Below are positions 36,409 to 45,358 of a stretch of DNA of 64,000 bases, one piece after another. The stretch's first letter is position 1, and every line of letters starts with the position of its first letter. Location: positions 1 through 64,000 of IMG/VR virus record IMGVR_UViG_3300030419_005541; one strand, written 5' to 3'. The notes beneath the pieces are model-generated. The model saw only the letters and a program-made list of their open reading frames with translations. It ran no database searches and was not told the DNA's origin. The stretch comes from a virus. Made by a program: the position numbers and the translations under genes.

Positions 36409-36425
36409 TAATAAAGGAGAGTAAT

Positions 36426-36806
36426 ATGTTAAGATGTTTAAAATGTCAAATGGTTGCAACAGATAGGGTGAGTTCAACAGCTCATAGTTATATCTGTTCA
36501 AGTTGTGTCACACGAATGATTCCGTTTGAACAAGACAAACCTAAACGTGTATCATCAGGTCGTCCTTCAGGTTGGCACTTTATGAAAGAATTTGTGGACA
36601 AAGATGGAAAGGTTTTTCATAAGGGCGTGGAACAACCTAAGTTGTTTGGCACACTGCCCGCTACTATAGTCAAGCCTAAGAAGAAGACAAAGCGCAGAAG
36701 TCAAGAAGAAATTCTATTAGCACGTAATGCTGAGAAGAAGGCCGCTATCAGAGATGCACTCAAGAAACAAAAAGACTTTATTAATCATAAGTTAGGAGAT
36801 ATCTAA
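36426..36806 (+). CDS. Hypothetical Zn-finger protein
   Basis: CLKC...CSSC, GRPSGWHFMKEFVDKDG. Confidence 0.7.
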   Translation: MLRCLKCQMVATDRVSSTAHSYICSSCVTRMIPFEQDKPKRVSSGRPSGWHFMKEFVDKDGKVFHKGVEQPKLFGTLPATIVKPKKKTKRRSQEEILLARNAEKKAAIRDALKKQKDFINHKLGDI

Positions 36807-36948
36807 TGCCGAAGAAAAAAACTAAGAAGAAAATTTGGGGCGGGTACAATGTATACACTTACCTTGATAAAGATGGTAATGCTGTTAAATTTTTAGCACG
36901 TGATGATTCTGACGCAGATTTGTACAGAAATAAAATAGGAGCTACTGC

Positions 36949-37572
36949 TTGAAAAAAGTAATTGATTGTACTAAAAATGTTAATACATTAATTCATAAAA
37001 GACTCAAGGAGGTTACGGTTGAAGAAGGATTGGCTATCGCAACAGAATTATTTCAGATACTTAACGAAAGAAAAGACGGGATTGGGCTTGCGGCGAATCA
37101 AGTGGGAATTGATGCACAAGTGGCCGTTGTCAATGTTCGTGAACCTTTGGTACTCATCAACCCTAAGATTGTTAAGAAGGACAATGAGATTAAGTATTAT
37201 GAAGGTTGTTTATCTTTTCCAAGCAAAGGAGTACACACCAAAAGATACGAAACGATAGAAGTTAAAACGGAGCAGGTAGAAGGCAGTTGGATATTTAGTG
37301 GTGTTGAAACAGGTGGCGGTAAAGGAAGTTGGGAATCTGATGATAGTAAAAATAGTCGTGATTTAAGATTGTTAGAAGCTGTATGTGTCCAGCACGAGAT
37401 AGACCACTTGAATGGTATTGTTTGTATGGACAGAAAAATAGATACTACTTACAGAGCAGAAAAGAAAATTGGTCGTAATGAATTGGTCACAATTAAAAAA
37501 GGTGATGCTGTCAAAGTTTTAAAATACAAGAAAGTAAAAAATTTATTAAATGAAGGTTGGGTAATTGAGTAA
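36949..37572 (+). CDS. def: Peptide deformylase with SecA-C-terminal-like tail
   Basis: GIGLAANQVG, EGCLS, QHEIDHLNG. Confidence 0.95.
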   Translation: MKKVIDCTKNVNTLIHKRLKEVTVEEGLAIATELFQILNERKDGIGLAANQVGIDAQVAVVNVREPLVLINPKIVKKDNEIKYYEGCLSFPSKGVHTKRYETIEVKTEQVEGSWIFSGVETGGGKGSWESDDSKNSRDLRLLEAVCVQHEIDHLNGIVCMDRKIDTTYRAEKKIGRNELVTIKKGDAVKVLKYKKVKNLLNEGWVIE

Positions 37573-37697
37573 AGGATTAGCACAATTTATAAGAGATAAA
37601 ATGACTCGCGGTTATCCACATAGACCTTTATTAAATTGTTATAAAAGTTATTGTCAAGTACCGACAATAGAGATGTTAGAAAAATGGATTAAACAAT

Positions 37698-37964
37698 ATG
37701 CAGAAAAAAATAAATGATAAATTAGATTATAATACAGAGTTGATGTTAATCACAATGGAAGAGTGTGGTGAACTTATTGAAGCGTGTTCAAAGGCAGTAA
37801 GATGTGAAGACTACACGATTGATAAACTTACAGAAGAAGCGGGTGATGTTTTGTGTATGATTAATCTAATGATTGAAAAAGGTATCCTTAACGACAGAGA
37901 ATTGAATAATAGAATACAAACTAAAAAAATGAAACTATTGAAATGGAGTAATCTAATTAAGTGA
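37698..37964 (+). CDS. MazG-like nucleotide pyrophosphohydrolase
   Basis: EECGELIEACSK...EEAGDV. Confidence 0.8.
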   Translation: MQKKINDKLDYNTELMLITMEECGELIEACSKAVRCEDYTIDKLTEEAGDVLCMINLMIEKGILNDRELNNRIQTKKMKLLKWSNLIK

Positions 37965-38842
37965 AAAATTTAGTTTTTACATCTGCCGGTAAACGTGAAT
38001 TTAGAGATAAAGATAATAAGCCTTTACTAAATAATAATCCTATAGATGAATGGACTAAAGGTTTAAAAGATTTTGATTTAGTAACTTATTGTTATGATGA
38101 TAGTGAGATTGGAAAAAACAAATCTAATCTTTGGGTATATAAACCTGGATTTACAAAGTATCAAAACTTTTGGCATTATGCTACTTTATATCCTGAACAT
38201 TTAGAGCAGTATGATTATGTTTGGGTTGTAGATGATGATATGTTTATGTCTACGGAAGATATTAATAAGATGTTTCAGATGATGGAAGATTATAATCTTG
38301 ATTTAGCACAACCATCTATAAGTGTAGATGGTATGAATTACATTCGTATATTTCAACATCATTCTAAATACATATTAAGATATACTGATTATATTGAATG
38401 TTGTGCTATGTTACTTAGTAAACGAGGATTAGATAAAGTTAAAAGTACTTTTAGTGAAACTATTACAGGATGGGGATGGGATGCACTTGTAAGTGATATG
38501 ATTTTTGAAGAAGGTCAAAACAATGTTGCTATTCTTGATGCTGTACAAGCATATCACGGAATGTCTATGTCTTCTATTAATAGAGTTATGACAAGAGAAT
38601 TACATAGAGTAGAAGGAACTAATTTATTAAAAAAATATAATAAGGAAAAATTGATATTAGGTAACCATAAGGTTCTTGGTGGTATACAACTAAATGGTAA
38701 ACCTTTAGATATAGTATCATATAAACCTGAAGCAAAATCACAATATTTTGTAAAAGTAAATCTTGGTGATGTAGTAACTTGGAAACCTAAATTATTACAA
38801 CACGGCGGTAGACCGCAAGTGAAGGCAGGAGGAGAAAAATGA
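37961..38842 (+). CDS. GT-A glycosyltransferase (DUF707-like)
   Basis: YDYVWVVDDD, LDLAQPS, TDYIE, GWGWD, AILDAV..H. Confidence 0.8.
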   Translation: MKNLVFTSAGKREFRDKDNKPLLNNNPIDEWTKGLKDFDLVTYCYDDSEIGKNKSNLWVYKPGFTKYQNFWHYATLYPEHLEQYDYVWVVDDDMFMSTEDINKMFQMMEDYNLDLAQPSISVDGMNYIRIFQHHSKYILRYTDYIECCAMLLSKRGLDKVKSTFSETITGWGWDALVSDMIFEEGQNNVAILDAVQAYHGMSMSSINRVMTRELHRVEGTNLLKKYNKEKLILGNHKVLGGIQLNGKPLDIVSYKPEAKSQYFVKVNLGDVVTWKPKLLQHGGRPQVKAGGEK

Positions 38843-39033
38843 AACCTATAGAAGTAATTAAACAATTAGTAAAAGATAATCCTAATGATATGCAGTTAGG
38901 AGAACTTGTTAGACAATATATTCGAGAACTCGAACCTCCTATGAATTGGATAGAGGGTATGTCTCGTGAACGGAAAGGCACGTGGCCTGGAACTGATGCT
39001 ATTTTAAATGGAGCTAATGTTGATAAAAAATAA
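38839..39033 (+). CDS. Hypothetical protein
   Basis: PNDMQLG..VR; SD GGAGGAG. Confidence 0.6.
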   Translation: MKPIEVIKQLVKDNPNDMQLGELVRQYIRELEPPMNWIEGMSRERKGTWPGTDAILNGANVDKK

Positions 39034-39244
39034 AAGTCTTATACTAAATTTATTTGTATGGTTAATTTTTATACCAGGTATGTCTGTATTGTCTTGGTAT
39101 GGAGTTTATAAATTAGTGATGTGGTTATTATATGGGTAAAAAATATTCTGATGCAGGTAAAGGTGATAAAAGCCGAGTAACTAACAAAAAGAAATATGCC
39201 GAAAATTGGGAGAAGATTTTTGGTAAAAAGAAGAAAGGAAAAAA

Positions 39245-39565
39245 ATGATAGCAACGTATTTTATAATGGGTGTTTTAGCACCATCGATTTTAAATTTAAT
39301 ACATTTAGTTATGGGAATTTATGTTGTAGTGGCACGAGGTAATATAATGAGTTTAGGATTTTCTGCTATGGGATTCTTAACCAAAACAATAGGTATGTTA
39401 TTTTTAACTTGGTTAGGTATTGAGATAGTTGGATTAGATTATAGAATCTATGTTCCAATACTTACATTTGTTTGGTTCTTCTCTCACGTAGCAGAAGCAT
39501 TTGTGATACAACATTATATGGAAAAGAATGTACCTGAACGGTTACAAAAATTACAAGTTAAATAG
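39245..39565 (+). CDS. Three-TM membrane protein
   Basis: Hydrophobic ORF. Confidence 0.6.
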   Translation: MIATYFIMGVLAPSILNLIHLVMGIYVVVARGNIMSLGFSAMGFLTKTIGMLFLTWLGIEIVGLDYRIYVPILTFVWFFSHVAEAFVIQHYMEKNVPERLQKLQVK

Positions 39566-39672
39566 GAGTTAATTATGATGGAAATATATATAAGTCTTTC
39601 AGCATTTGCTGTAGTATTTGTATTGTCAATGGTTTTATATTGGTCAGATATTGAGGACTTTTTTAAATTCTA

Positions 39673-40881
39673 ATGAAAAAAGCATTTACATTTGATGATG
39701 TACAAATTGTACCTCGATACTCTGAGTTAAAGTCTCGTGAAAAAGTAAATTTAGATTCTAAGTTTACACCTAATACTACTTTATCATTACCATTAGTAGC
39801 ATCACCTATGGACACTATTTGTGAATATAAGATGGCTAATGAAATGTTAGACGTAGGTGGTGTTGGTGTTATACATAGATTTCAAAGTATTGAAAAACAA
39901 GCAATGGATATGAAGAGACTTTGGAATCGATGGGATGGTTGGTACAATATAGGTGATGCGGATAAAGATAGAACAGACCATACACAAGCATTTGAAGATT
40001 GGTATAATCGTTTAAGCCATTGGAATCATCCGCCTACTAAATCTGATTACGAAGACTTACACGAATCACTTTGGTTTGTAGATGAGGCTGTTAAGGATGA
40101 AGACTATTGGAGTAAAAGACCTCTATGTGCGGCAGTTGGTGTTACAGGTGACTATCTTGAACGAGCGCAAGAATTAGTCAATAATGGTTGTAATGTACTA
40201 CTTATAGATGTAGCACATGGTCATCACAAATTAGTCAAAGACGCTCTAAGGAGAATCAAAAATGAAATCAAATCAACAAGAACCTTGGAGACGGTGGTTG
40301 GGTCAATCGCCACTAAGGAATCAGCAAGAGATTGTATTGAATGGGGCGCAGACGCTCTCCGAGTTGGAATCGGAAATGGTTCATTATGCGAAACAAGAAT
40401 CAGGACCGGTGTCGGAATACCTCAGGTTACTGCTCTTATTGATGTGTGTTCCATTGCTGACGATGTTGGTATTCCTATCATCGCTGATGGTGGTTGTAGG
40501 TATGTGGGTGATGTGGCTAAGTCATTGGGTCTTGGAGCCTCTTCAGTTATGGTTGGCTCGTTATTTGCCGGGACAAAAGAAACACCAGGAGAAATAATTA
40601 AACAAGGAGAATGGCCAAATGAACGACTTTATAAAAAATATAGGGGGAGCGCTTCTCTCGATAGTAAATCACACAGAAGAGAATATGGCAACATTGAAGG
40701 AAACTCTAAAATCATTGAATACAAAGGTAAAGTCTTCAGGATTATATCTGATATTCGTGATGGTCTTCGCTCAGCTTTTTCATATGTTGGCGCGGGTGAT
40801 GTTTTGGATTTTCAAGCCAAGGCAAAATTCGTACAAATCACAGAGTCCGGTAGAATCGAAGCGAAACCACACTTATTATGA
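39673..40881 (+). CDS. IMP dehydrogenase / GMP reductase family protein (no CBS domain)
   Basis: TFDDV, SPMDT, GVIHR, DVAHGH, GIGNGSLCETR..TG.G.PQ, ADGG, YRGSAS, GLRSAFSY. Confidence 0.9.
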   Translation: MKKAFTFDDVQIVPRYSELKSREKVNLDSKFTPNTTLSLPLVASPMDTICEYKMANEMLDVGGVGVIHRFQSIEKQAMDMKRLWNRWDGWYNIGDADKDRTDHTQAFEDWYNRLSHWNHPPTKSDYEDLHESLWFVDEAVKDEDYWSKRPLCAAVGVTGDYLERAQELVNNGCNVLLIDVAHGHHKLVKDALRRIKNEIKSTRTLETVVGSIATKESARDCIEWGADALRVGIGNGSLCETRIRTGVGIPQVTALIDVCSIADDVGIPIIADGGCRYVGDVAKSLGLGASSVMVGSLFAGTKETPGEIIKQGEWPNERLYKKYRGSASLDSKSHRREYGNIEGNSKIIEYKGKVFRIISDIRDGLRSAFSYVGAGDVLDFQAKAKFVQITESGRIEAKPHLL

Positions 40882-41168
40882 TGAAGACATTTTGGGAATC
40901 TAACAAGATATGGTTGTTAGGCAGGTTATTATGGTTAGTTACATTTCTTGTAGTTAGTGGAATTATTTTTGGAATATTAAAAGTTTTTTTTAATTTTTCT
41001 TTTACATTCACCTATTTACAAGTATGTATGGCACATTTTTTAGTAAGAATACTTAAAGCAGACTTACCTGTAGAAACTATTCCAAGTCTGTTTCAACAAA
41101 AACAAGTTACTGATGTAAAAACACATTTAGATGAACTCGAAAAACAAATAAAAAAAATAAATTTTTAG
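40878..41168 (+). CDS. Membrane protein
   Basis: Two hydrophobic segments. Confidence 0.55.
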   Translation: MMKTFWESNKIWLLGRLLWLVTFLVVSGIIFGILKVFFNFSFTFTYLQVCMAHFLVRILKADLPVETIPSLFQQKQVTDVKTHLDELEKQIKKINF

Positions 41169-41169
41169 G

Positions 41170-41199
41170 TTGACATTAATATTAAATTGGAGTTAGATT
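41170..41199 (+). promoter_or_regulatory. Promoter of the deazaguanine operon TTGACA-N18-TAGATT (leaderless queD)
   Basis: ATG 41206 lies 6 nt after the -10 box. Confidence 0.6.
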
Positions 41200-41205
41200 A
41201 GCACT

Positions 41206-41652
41206 ATGTATTATTCGTATAAACGTATAGGTCCTATTAGTACAGGACATAGACAATGGAAAGCAAAATCACATTGTCGTTGGGTTCACGGCTATGGTCG
41301 TTATGTAGAATTAAAATTCGCTTGTGATGAAAGAGATGAAAAGGGTTGGGTTTATAACTTTGGTGGATTAAAATGGTTTAAGAAATGGTTAGAAGAACAA
41401 TGGGACCATAAACTATTAGTAGCACACGATGACCCTGCCTTGTTAAGATTAAGAGAAATGGAAGCAGAAGACATTATCAGTTTAAACGTAATGCCTGAAG
41501 AGTATGGTCCGGGTATTGAAGATAGTTGTAGATATGTATTTGATTATGCGAATCCTGAGATTATAAATCAAACAAGTGGTAGAGTTTGGTTAGAAAGAGT
41601 TCGTATTTGGGAAACAGAAAATAATTATGCGGAGTATGTTTGGGTAAAGTAG
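41206..41652 (+). CDS. queD: 6-carboxytetrahydropterin synthase
   Basis: HRQW...SHC..VHGY, FGGLK, WDHKLL...DDP, WETENN. Confidence 0.85.
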   Translation: MYYSYKRIGPISTGHRQWKAKSHCRWVHGYGRYVELKFACDERDEKGWVYNFGGLKWFKKWLEEQWDHKLLVAHDDPALLRLREMEAEDIISLNVMPEEYGPGIEDSCRYVFDYANPEIINQTSGRVWLERVRIWETENNYAEYVWVK

Positions 41653-42383
41653 CAATAGGTGAAATGTATCCTTGTCTTCAAGGCGAGGGTAAGTTCATTG
41701 GTATTCCTCATTTGTTGATAAGGGTTTCGGGATGTAAATTGAGATGTCAATTTGCTGAGTCGTTTTGTGATACACCTTTTGCAAGTTGGGCACCTGAGAA
41801 AGGTAAATTTACTTTAGATGATGTTAGAGATTTGTATAGACAATATCCTCAAATTAAATATACAATGATTACAGGTGGTGGTCCTACAGCACACGCTGAT
41901 TTGTTAAAACAATTATGTGATATAGCAGTTAATCAATATAATCATTATGTTACAATCGAAACAGAAGGTTCAGAGTTTGTACAAACAGATGCTCAGTTTA
42001 TTTCATTATCACCTAAGTTGTCTAATAGTACACCTAGGCCTGGTACAATGAATCCGTATACAGGAAAATTAGTTACAGAAGCAAACAAGAAACAACACGA
42101 GAAATGGCGTTGTAATTATGATGCTATGAAAGAATTACTAAACAATCACGAAGACTTTCAAGTCAAACCTGTGATATCAAACAAAAATGAATTAGAAGAA
42201 TTTAGAGCACTTCAAAAGATATTAAGTGTTCCTAACGATAAAGTCTATCTAATGCCTGAAGGGTTGAATAGAGAACAATTAAGAAGACGGAGACAATGGT
42301 TGTCGGAAGTAGCAGTAGAAATGGGTTACAATTTTACAGATAGATTACATATAATAACTTATGGAGATAAACGTGGAGTATAA
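41640..42383 (+). CDS. queE: 7-carboxy-7-deazaguanine synthase (radical SAM)
   Basis: LQGEG..IG.P...IR..GC.LRC.....FCDT, ITGG, IET.G, SLSPK, RLH...G.KRG. Confidence 0.9.
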   Translation: MGKVAIGEMYPCLQGEGKFIGIPHLLIRVSGCKLRCQFAESFCDTPFASWAPEKGKFTLDDVRDLYRQYPQIKYTMITGGGPTAHADLLKQLCDIAVNQYNHYVTIETEGSEFVQTDAQFISLSPKLSNSTPRPGTMNPYTGKLVTEANKKQHEKWRCNYDAMKELLNNHEDFQVKPVISNKNELEEFRALQKILSVPNDKVYLMPEGLNREQLRRRRQWLSEVAVEMGYNFTDRLHIITYGDKRGV

Positions 42384-42384
42384 T

Positions 42385-42603
42385 ATGATAGTTGAATATA
42401 TAGGTTGGTTAGGATTTGTCTTAATACTCTTTGGCTACTACTATAACGCACAACAGAAACTCTTCTGTTTTTATATATGGGGCATCGGCAATATATTTTT
42501 TTTAATATATGCTTTGCTAATACAAGCTATGCCCCAAGTAGCTATGTCAATATTTGTATTAGGTATGAATATCTATGGTTGGAATCAATGGAGAAAAAAA
42601 TGA
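42385..42603 (+). CDS. Small PnuC-like membrane protein
   Basis: Three short TMs, W...N, NIYGW..W. Confidence 0.55.
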   Translation: MIVEYIGWLGFVLILFGYYYNAQQKLFCFYIWGIGNIFFLIYALLIQAMPQVAMSIFVLGMNIYGWNQWRKK

Positions 42604-43223
42604 AATCAAACGGAAATAAACCACTTACAGAACATCAAAAGAAAATCACAATAAATAATGCGGCTAAACGTTATGGTCAATTTATGTCGTCACTTGGTTT
42701 TGAATGGGAAACTGACCCTAATTCATCCGACACACCTATGAGAGTTGCTAAGGCTTGGGTAAATGATTTAGCAGAAGGATGTTTCAATCACCCACCTAAG
42801 ATTACAGCATTTGATAATGTTGATAAATACGATGGTATGGTATTTGAAGGAAATATTCAAGTACATTCAATGTGTTCACATCATCATCTTCCTTTCTTTG
42901 GTGTAGCTCACGTTGCGTACATCGCTAAGCCTGAAGGTAAGATTATTGGTTTAAGTAAATTAAATCGTACGGTTGAGTTTTATTCACGTAGACCTCAAGT
43001 ACAAGAAAATCTTACAATGCAGATACACGACCACTTAGATGAAGTATTAGAAGTTCATGGTGGTATAGCTGTAATGGTAAGTGCTAAACATTTATGTGCT
43101 TGTTTACGTGGTGTTAAACATCCTCACTCTGCTATGAAAACATCAAAGTTAAGTGGTGCATTCAGAGATGGTGATGTTAGTGTTCGTCAAGAATTTTATA
43201 ATTTCGTAAAGGATATGAAGTAA
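42600..43223 (+). CDS. folE: GTP cyclohydrolase I
   Basis: DTP.RVAK, SMCSHHHLPF.G, GLSKL.R, RRPQVQE.LT.QI, H.C...RGV; start refined to 42600. Confidence 0.95.
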   Translation: MKSNGNKPLTEHQKKITINNAAKRYGQFMSSLGFEWETDPNSSDTPMRVAKAWVNDLAEGCFNHPPKITAFDNVDKYDGMVFEGNIQVHSMCSHHHLPFFGVAHVAYIAKPEGKIIGLSKLNRTVEFYSRRPQVQENLTMQIHDHLDEVLEVHGGIAVMVSAKHLCACLRGVKHPHSAMKTSKLSGAFRDGDVSVRQEFYNFVKDMK

Positions 43224-43822
43224 TGAAAAGAAAAAAATGGCTACCTGACCCGAATCACCCTATATGTTGTTATCCAGGATGTGATAGAAAAGTTCACGTT
43301 ATGAGAGTGATATCAAATGATAATTCAAAAAAACCTATTGAAGTTCCTTCGGCTTATAGAGTATTTAGAGCTGTATGTAAGATGCATCACGAATATAATT
43401 GGAACGAAAAAATGAAAAGAAGAATTGACGGAGTAGGTTTGAAAACTATTAAACTTCTTAAAAAAGATTATTGTGAAAATTATGATGGACATCTTGGATT
43501 TAAATGTTGTACAAAACACGACAAAAGTAAAATTAATATGATGCAAGAAACGGGTGTGTTAGAATCAAGAAAACTTGACTTAGACCATAAAGATGGTGAC
43601 CACTTTAATAATGACCCATCTAATATACAGACACTATGTAAATCTTGTCACGCTACAAAAACTCATATTAATGGTGATTCTAAATATAGAGGAAAAAATC
43701 AATTTGTTGGTCAAAAGAAAAAAGAGAATTTTAATTGCCACCCGTTAGGTCCAAATGGAACAAAACCTTTAAAACATATAAATCCAAGTTTCTTTTTTAA
43801 AACTACAAAAGAGGAAAAGTAA
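43223..43822 (+). CDS. HNH endonuclease (paralog of 12233)
   Basis: KKDYCEN.DG.LGF.C, LDHKDGD..NN..SNIQTLCKSCH. Confidence 0.85.
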   Translation: MKRKKWLPDPNHPICCYPGCDRKVHVMRVISNDNSKKPIEVPSAYRVFRAVCKMHHEYNWNEKMKRRIDGVGLKTIKLLKKDYCENYDGHLGFKCCTKHDKSKINMMQETGVLESRKLDLDHKDGDHFNNDPSNIQTLCKSCHATKTHINGDSKYRGKNQFVGQKKKENFNCHPLGPNGTKPLKHINPSFFFKTTKEEK

Positions 43823-44166
43823 TGCAAACAAATATAATTGTAAAACTACAAGTAGAAGGTACTCATAATTGGCCTACTGCAGGTGACTTTGAACCTACTA
43901 TGAAATATCTTGAACATCAACATAGACATATGTTTCACATTGATGCACGTAGAGAAGTATTTCACGATGATAGAGATGTAGAGTTTATTGTATTCAAACG
44001 TAAAATTAAAAACTATCTTGAAATGAAATATTATAATTCAGAAATAGATTGTTGTGACTTTGGTTCTCAATCTTGTGAGATGTTAGCATCTGAAATTTAT
44101 AAAGAGTTTGAATTATGTTATTGTGCAGTTTATGAAGATAATGAAAATGGAGCAGAAGTATATTAA
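43822..44166 (+). CDS. QueD-like T-fold protein, DpdL-type (candidate CDG decarboxylase)
   Basis: LEHQHRHMF (LxxxHRHxF), DDRDVEFI, SCE, EDNENGA. Confidence 0.7.
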   Translation: MQTNIIVKLQVEGTHNWPTAGDFEPTMKYLEHQHRHMFHIDARREVFHDDRDVEFIVFKRKIKNYLEMKYYNSEIDCCDFGSQSCEMLASEIYKEFELCYCAVYEDNENGAEVY

Positions 44167-44957
44167 TGTCTGATGTAATAATACATAAACCGGTACCTGA
44201 TATTAAGTGGCCACATAGAATTGTAGATAATTTCTTTTCAGAAAAAGAATTAAATTGGATACGAAAATCATTTAACAAAGGTTACAGAGATTTAGAAAAA
44301 AGATTTCCTAAGTGTTTTGAGAATGGTAAAATGAAACCGTATGAGAAAATTAAACATATGGGAGGAGATAAAGATGTACTTCTTACAGGATTTAGTGCTT
44401 ACGTTCCTTTTTGGTCTACTGAAAGAGTTTCAGAAGCTATAGATGATGTTTGGAAAGAAGCGATAGAAATATATCCATATAAAAAAGATAAGAATATAAA
44501 AAGAAAAGATTTTTTTAGTTATCTTGAACTTAATATTTATCCTGTAGGATTAACTTACAATAGACATTTAGATGTTAATTATAAATCATTTACCGGAGTA
44601 GTTTATATAGGAAAAGAAGGCGATGGTACTACACTAATATGTGGTGAACGAGAAATTGATGTACATTGGCAAGATAATCGTAGCGTATTATTTATGAATG
44701 TTGATGAAGAACGTAGAGATAAAAGAGATTATGATGATAAATTAAGTTCTTGGCATAGATATGCTAATAAAGGAAATGACGTTAGATTTGCTATAAACTT
44801 TAATATGACACATATGGATGATGTAGGTCCTTTAATAGGAAACTTTTTACATCGTGATAAAAAAATATTTTCCCCGTTTGAAAAAGAACAAAGAGAAGTT
44901 CCTAAATTTGGTCCAATATTAGTTAGTTGGGCACCTGTAGCTAAGGAGATGTTATGA
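44166..44957 (+). CDS. 2OG-Fe(II) oxygenase
   Basis: IVDNFFS, HLD...K..TGVVY, GT, SWHRY, R..IN.N. Confidence 0.75.
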   Translation: MSDVIIHKPVPDIKWPHRIVDNFFSEKELNWIRKSFNKGYRDLEKRFPKCFENGKMKPYEKIKHMGGDKDVLLTGFSAYVPFWSTERVSEAIDDVWKEAIEIYPYKKDKNIKRKDFFSYLELNIYPVGLTYNRHLDVNYKSFTGVVYIGKEGDGTTLICGEREIDVHWQDNRSVLFMNVDEERRDKRDYDDKLSSWHRYANKGNDVRFAINFNMTHMDDVGPLIGNFLHRDKKIFSPFEKEQREVPKFGPILVSWAPVAKEML

Positions 44958-45358
44958 AAAAATATATTAGTTGGGATGAGTTAGAAAGATTAGTTGATGA
45001 ACTTTGTGATATGATTCCTGATAATCAATACGAAGGTATTTATGCAATACCAAGAGGTGGTTTGATTATAGGAGTTATGATGAGTCACAAATTAGGTTTG
45101 CCGATGATAGATAGATTACAAAGTTATTATGGTAAAAAGTTTTTAATTGTAGATGACATAGCAGATACAGGAGAGACTTTAGAAAAATTAAAAGCAGAGA
45201 TATTTGCAAATGCACATACAGCAACAATACACTATCATAAACAATCTGTAGTTGAACCTTCTTTTTGGGTAGAAGAAAAAGGTGATGATTGGATTGTTTA
45301 TCCTTGGGAACAAGAAGATAGTGAAGAAATACAAGATTATTTGAAGGAGACAAAATGA
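44954..45358 (+). CDS. Purine phosphoribosyltransferase (Gpt/Hpt-like)
   Basis: ISW, IPRGGL, LIVDDIADTGETL PRPP loop, WIVYPWE. Confidence 0.9.
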   Translation: MKKYISWDELERLVDELCDMIPDNQYEGIYAIPRGGLIIGVMMSHKLGLPMIDRLQSYYGKKFLIVDDIADTGETLEKLKAEIFANAHTATIHYHKQSVVEPSFWVEEKGDDWIVYPWEQEDSEEIQDYLKETK

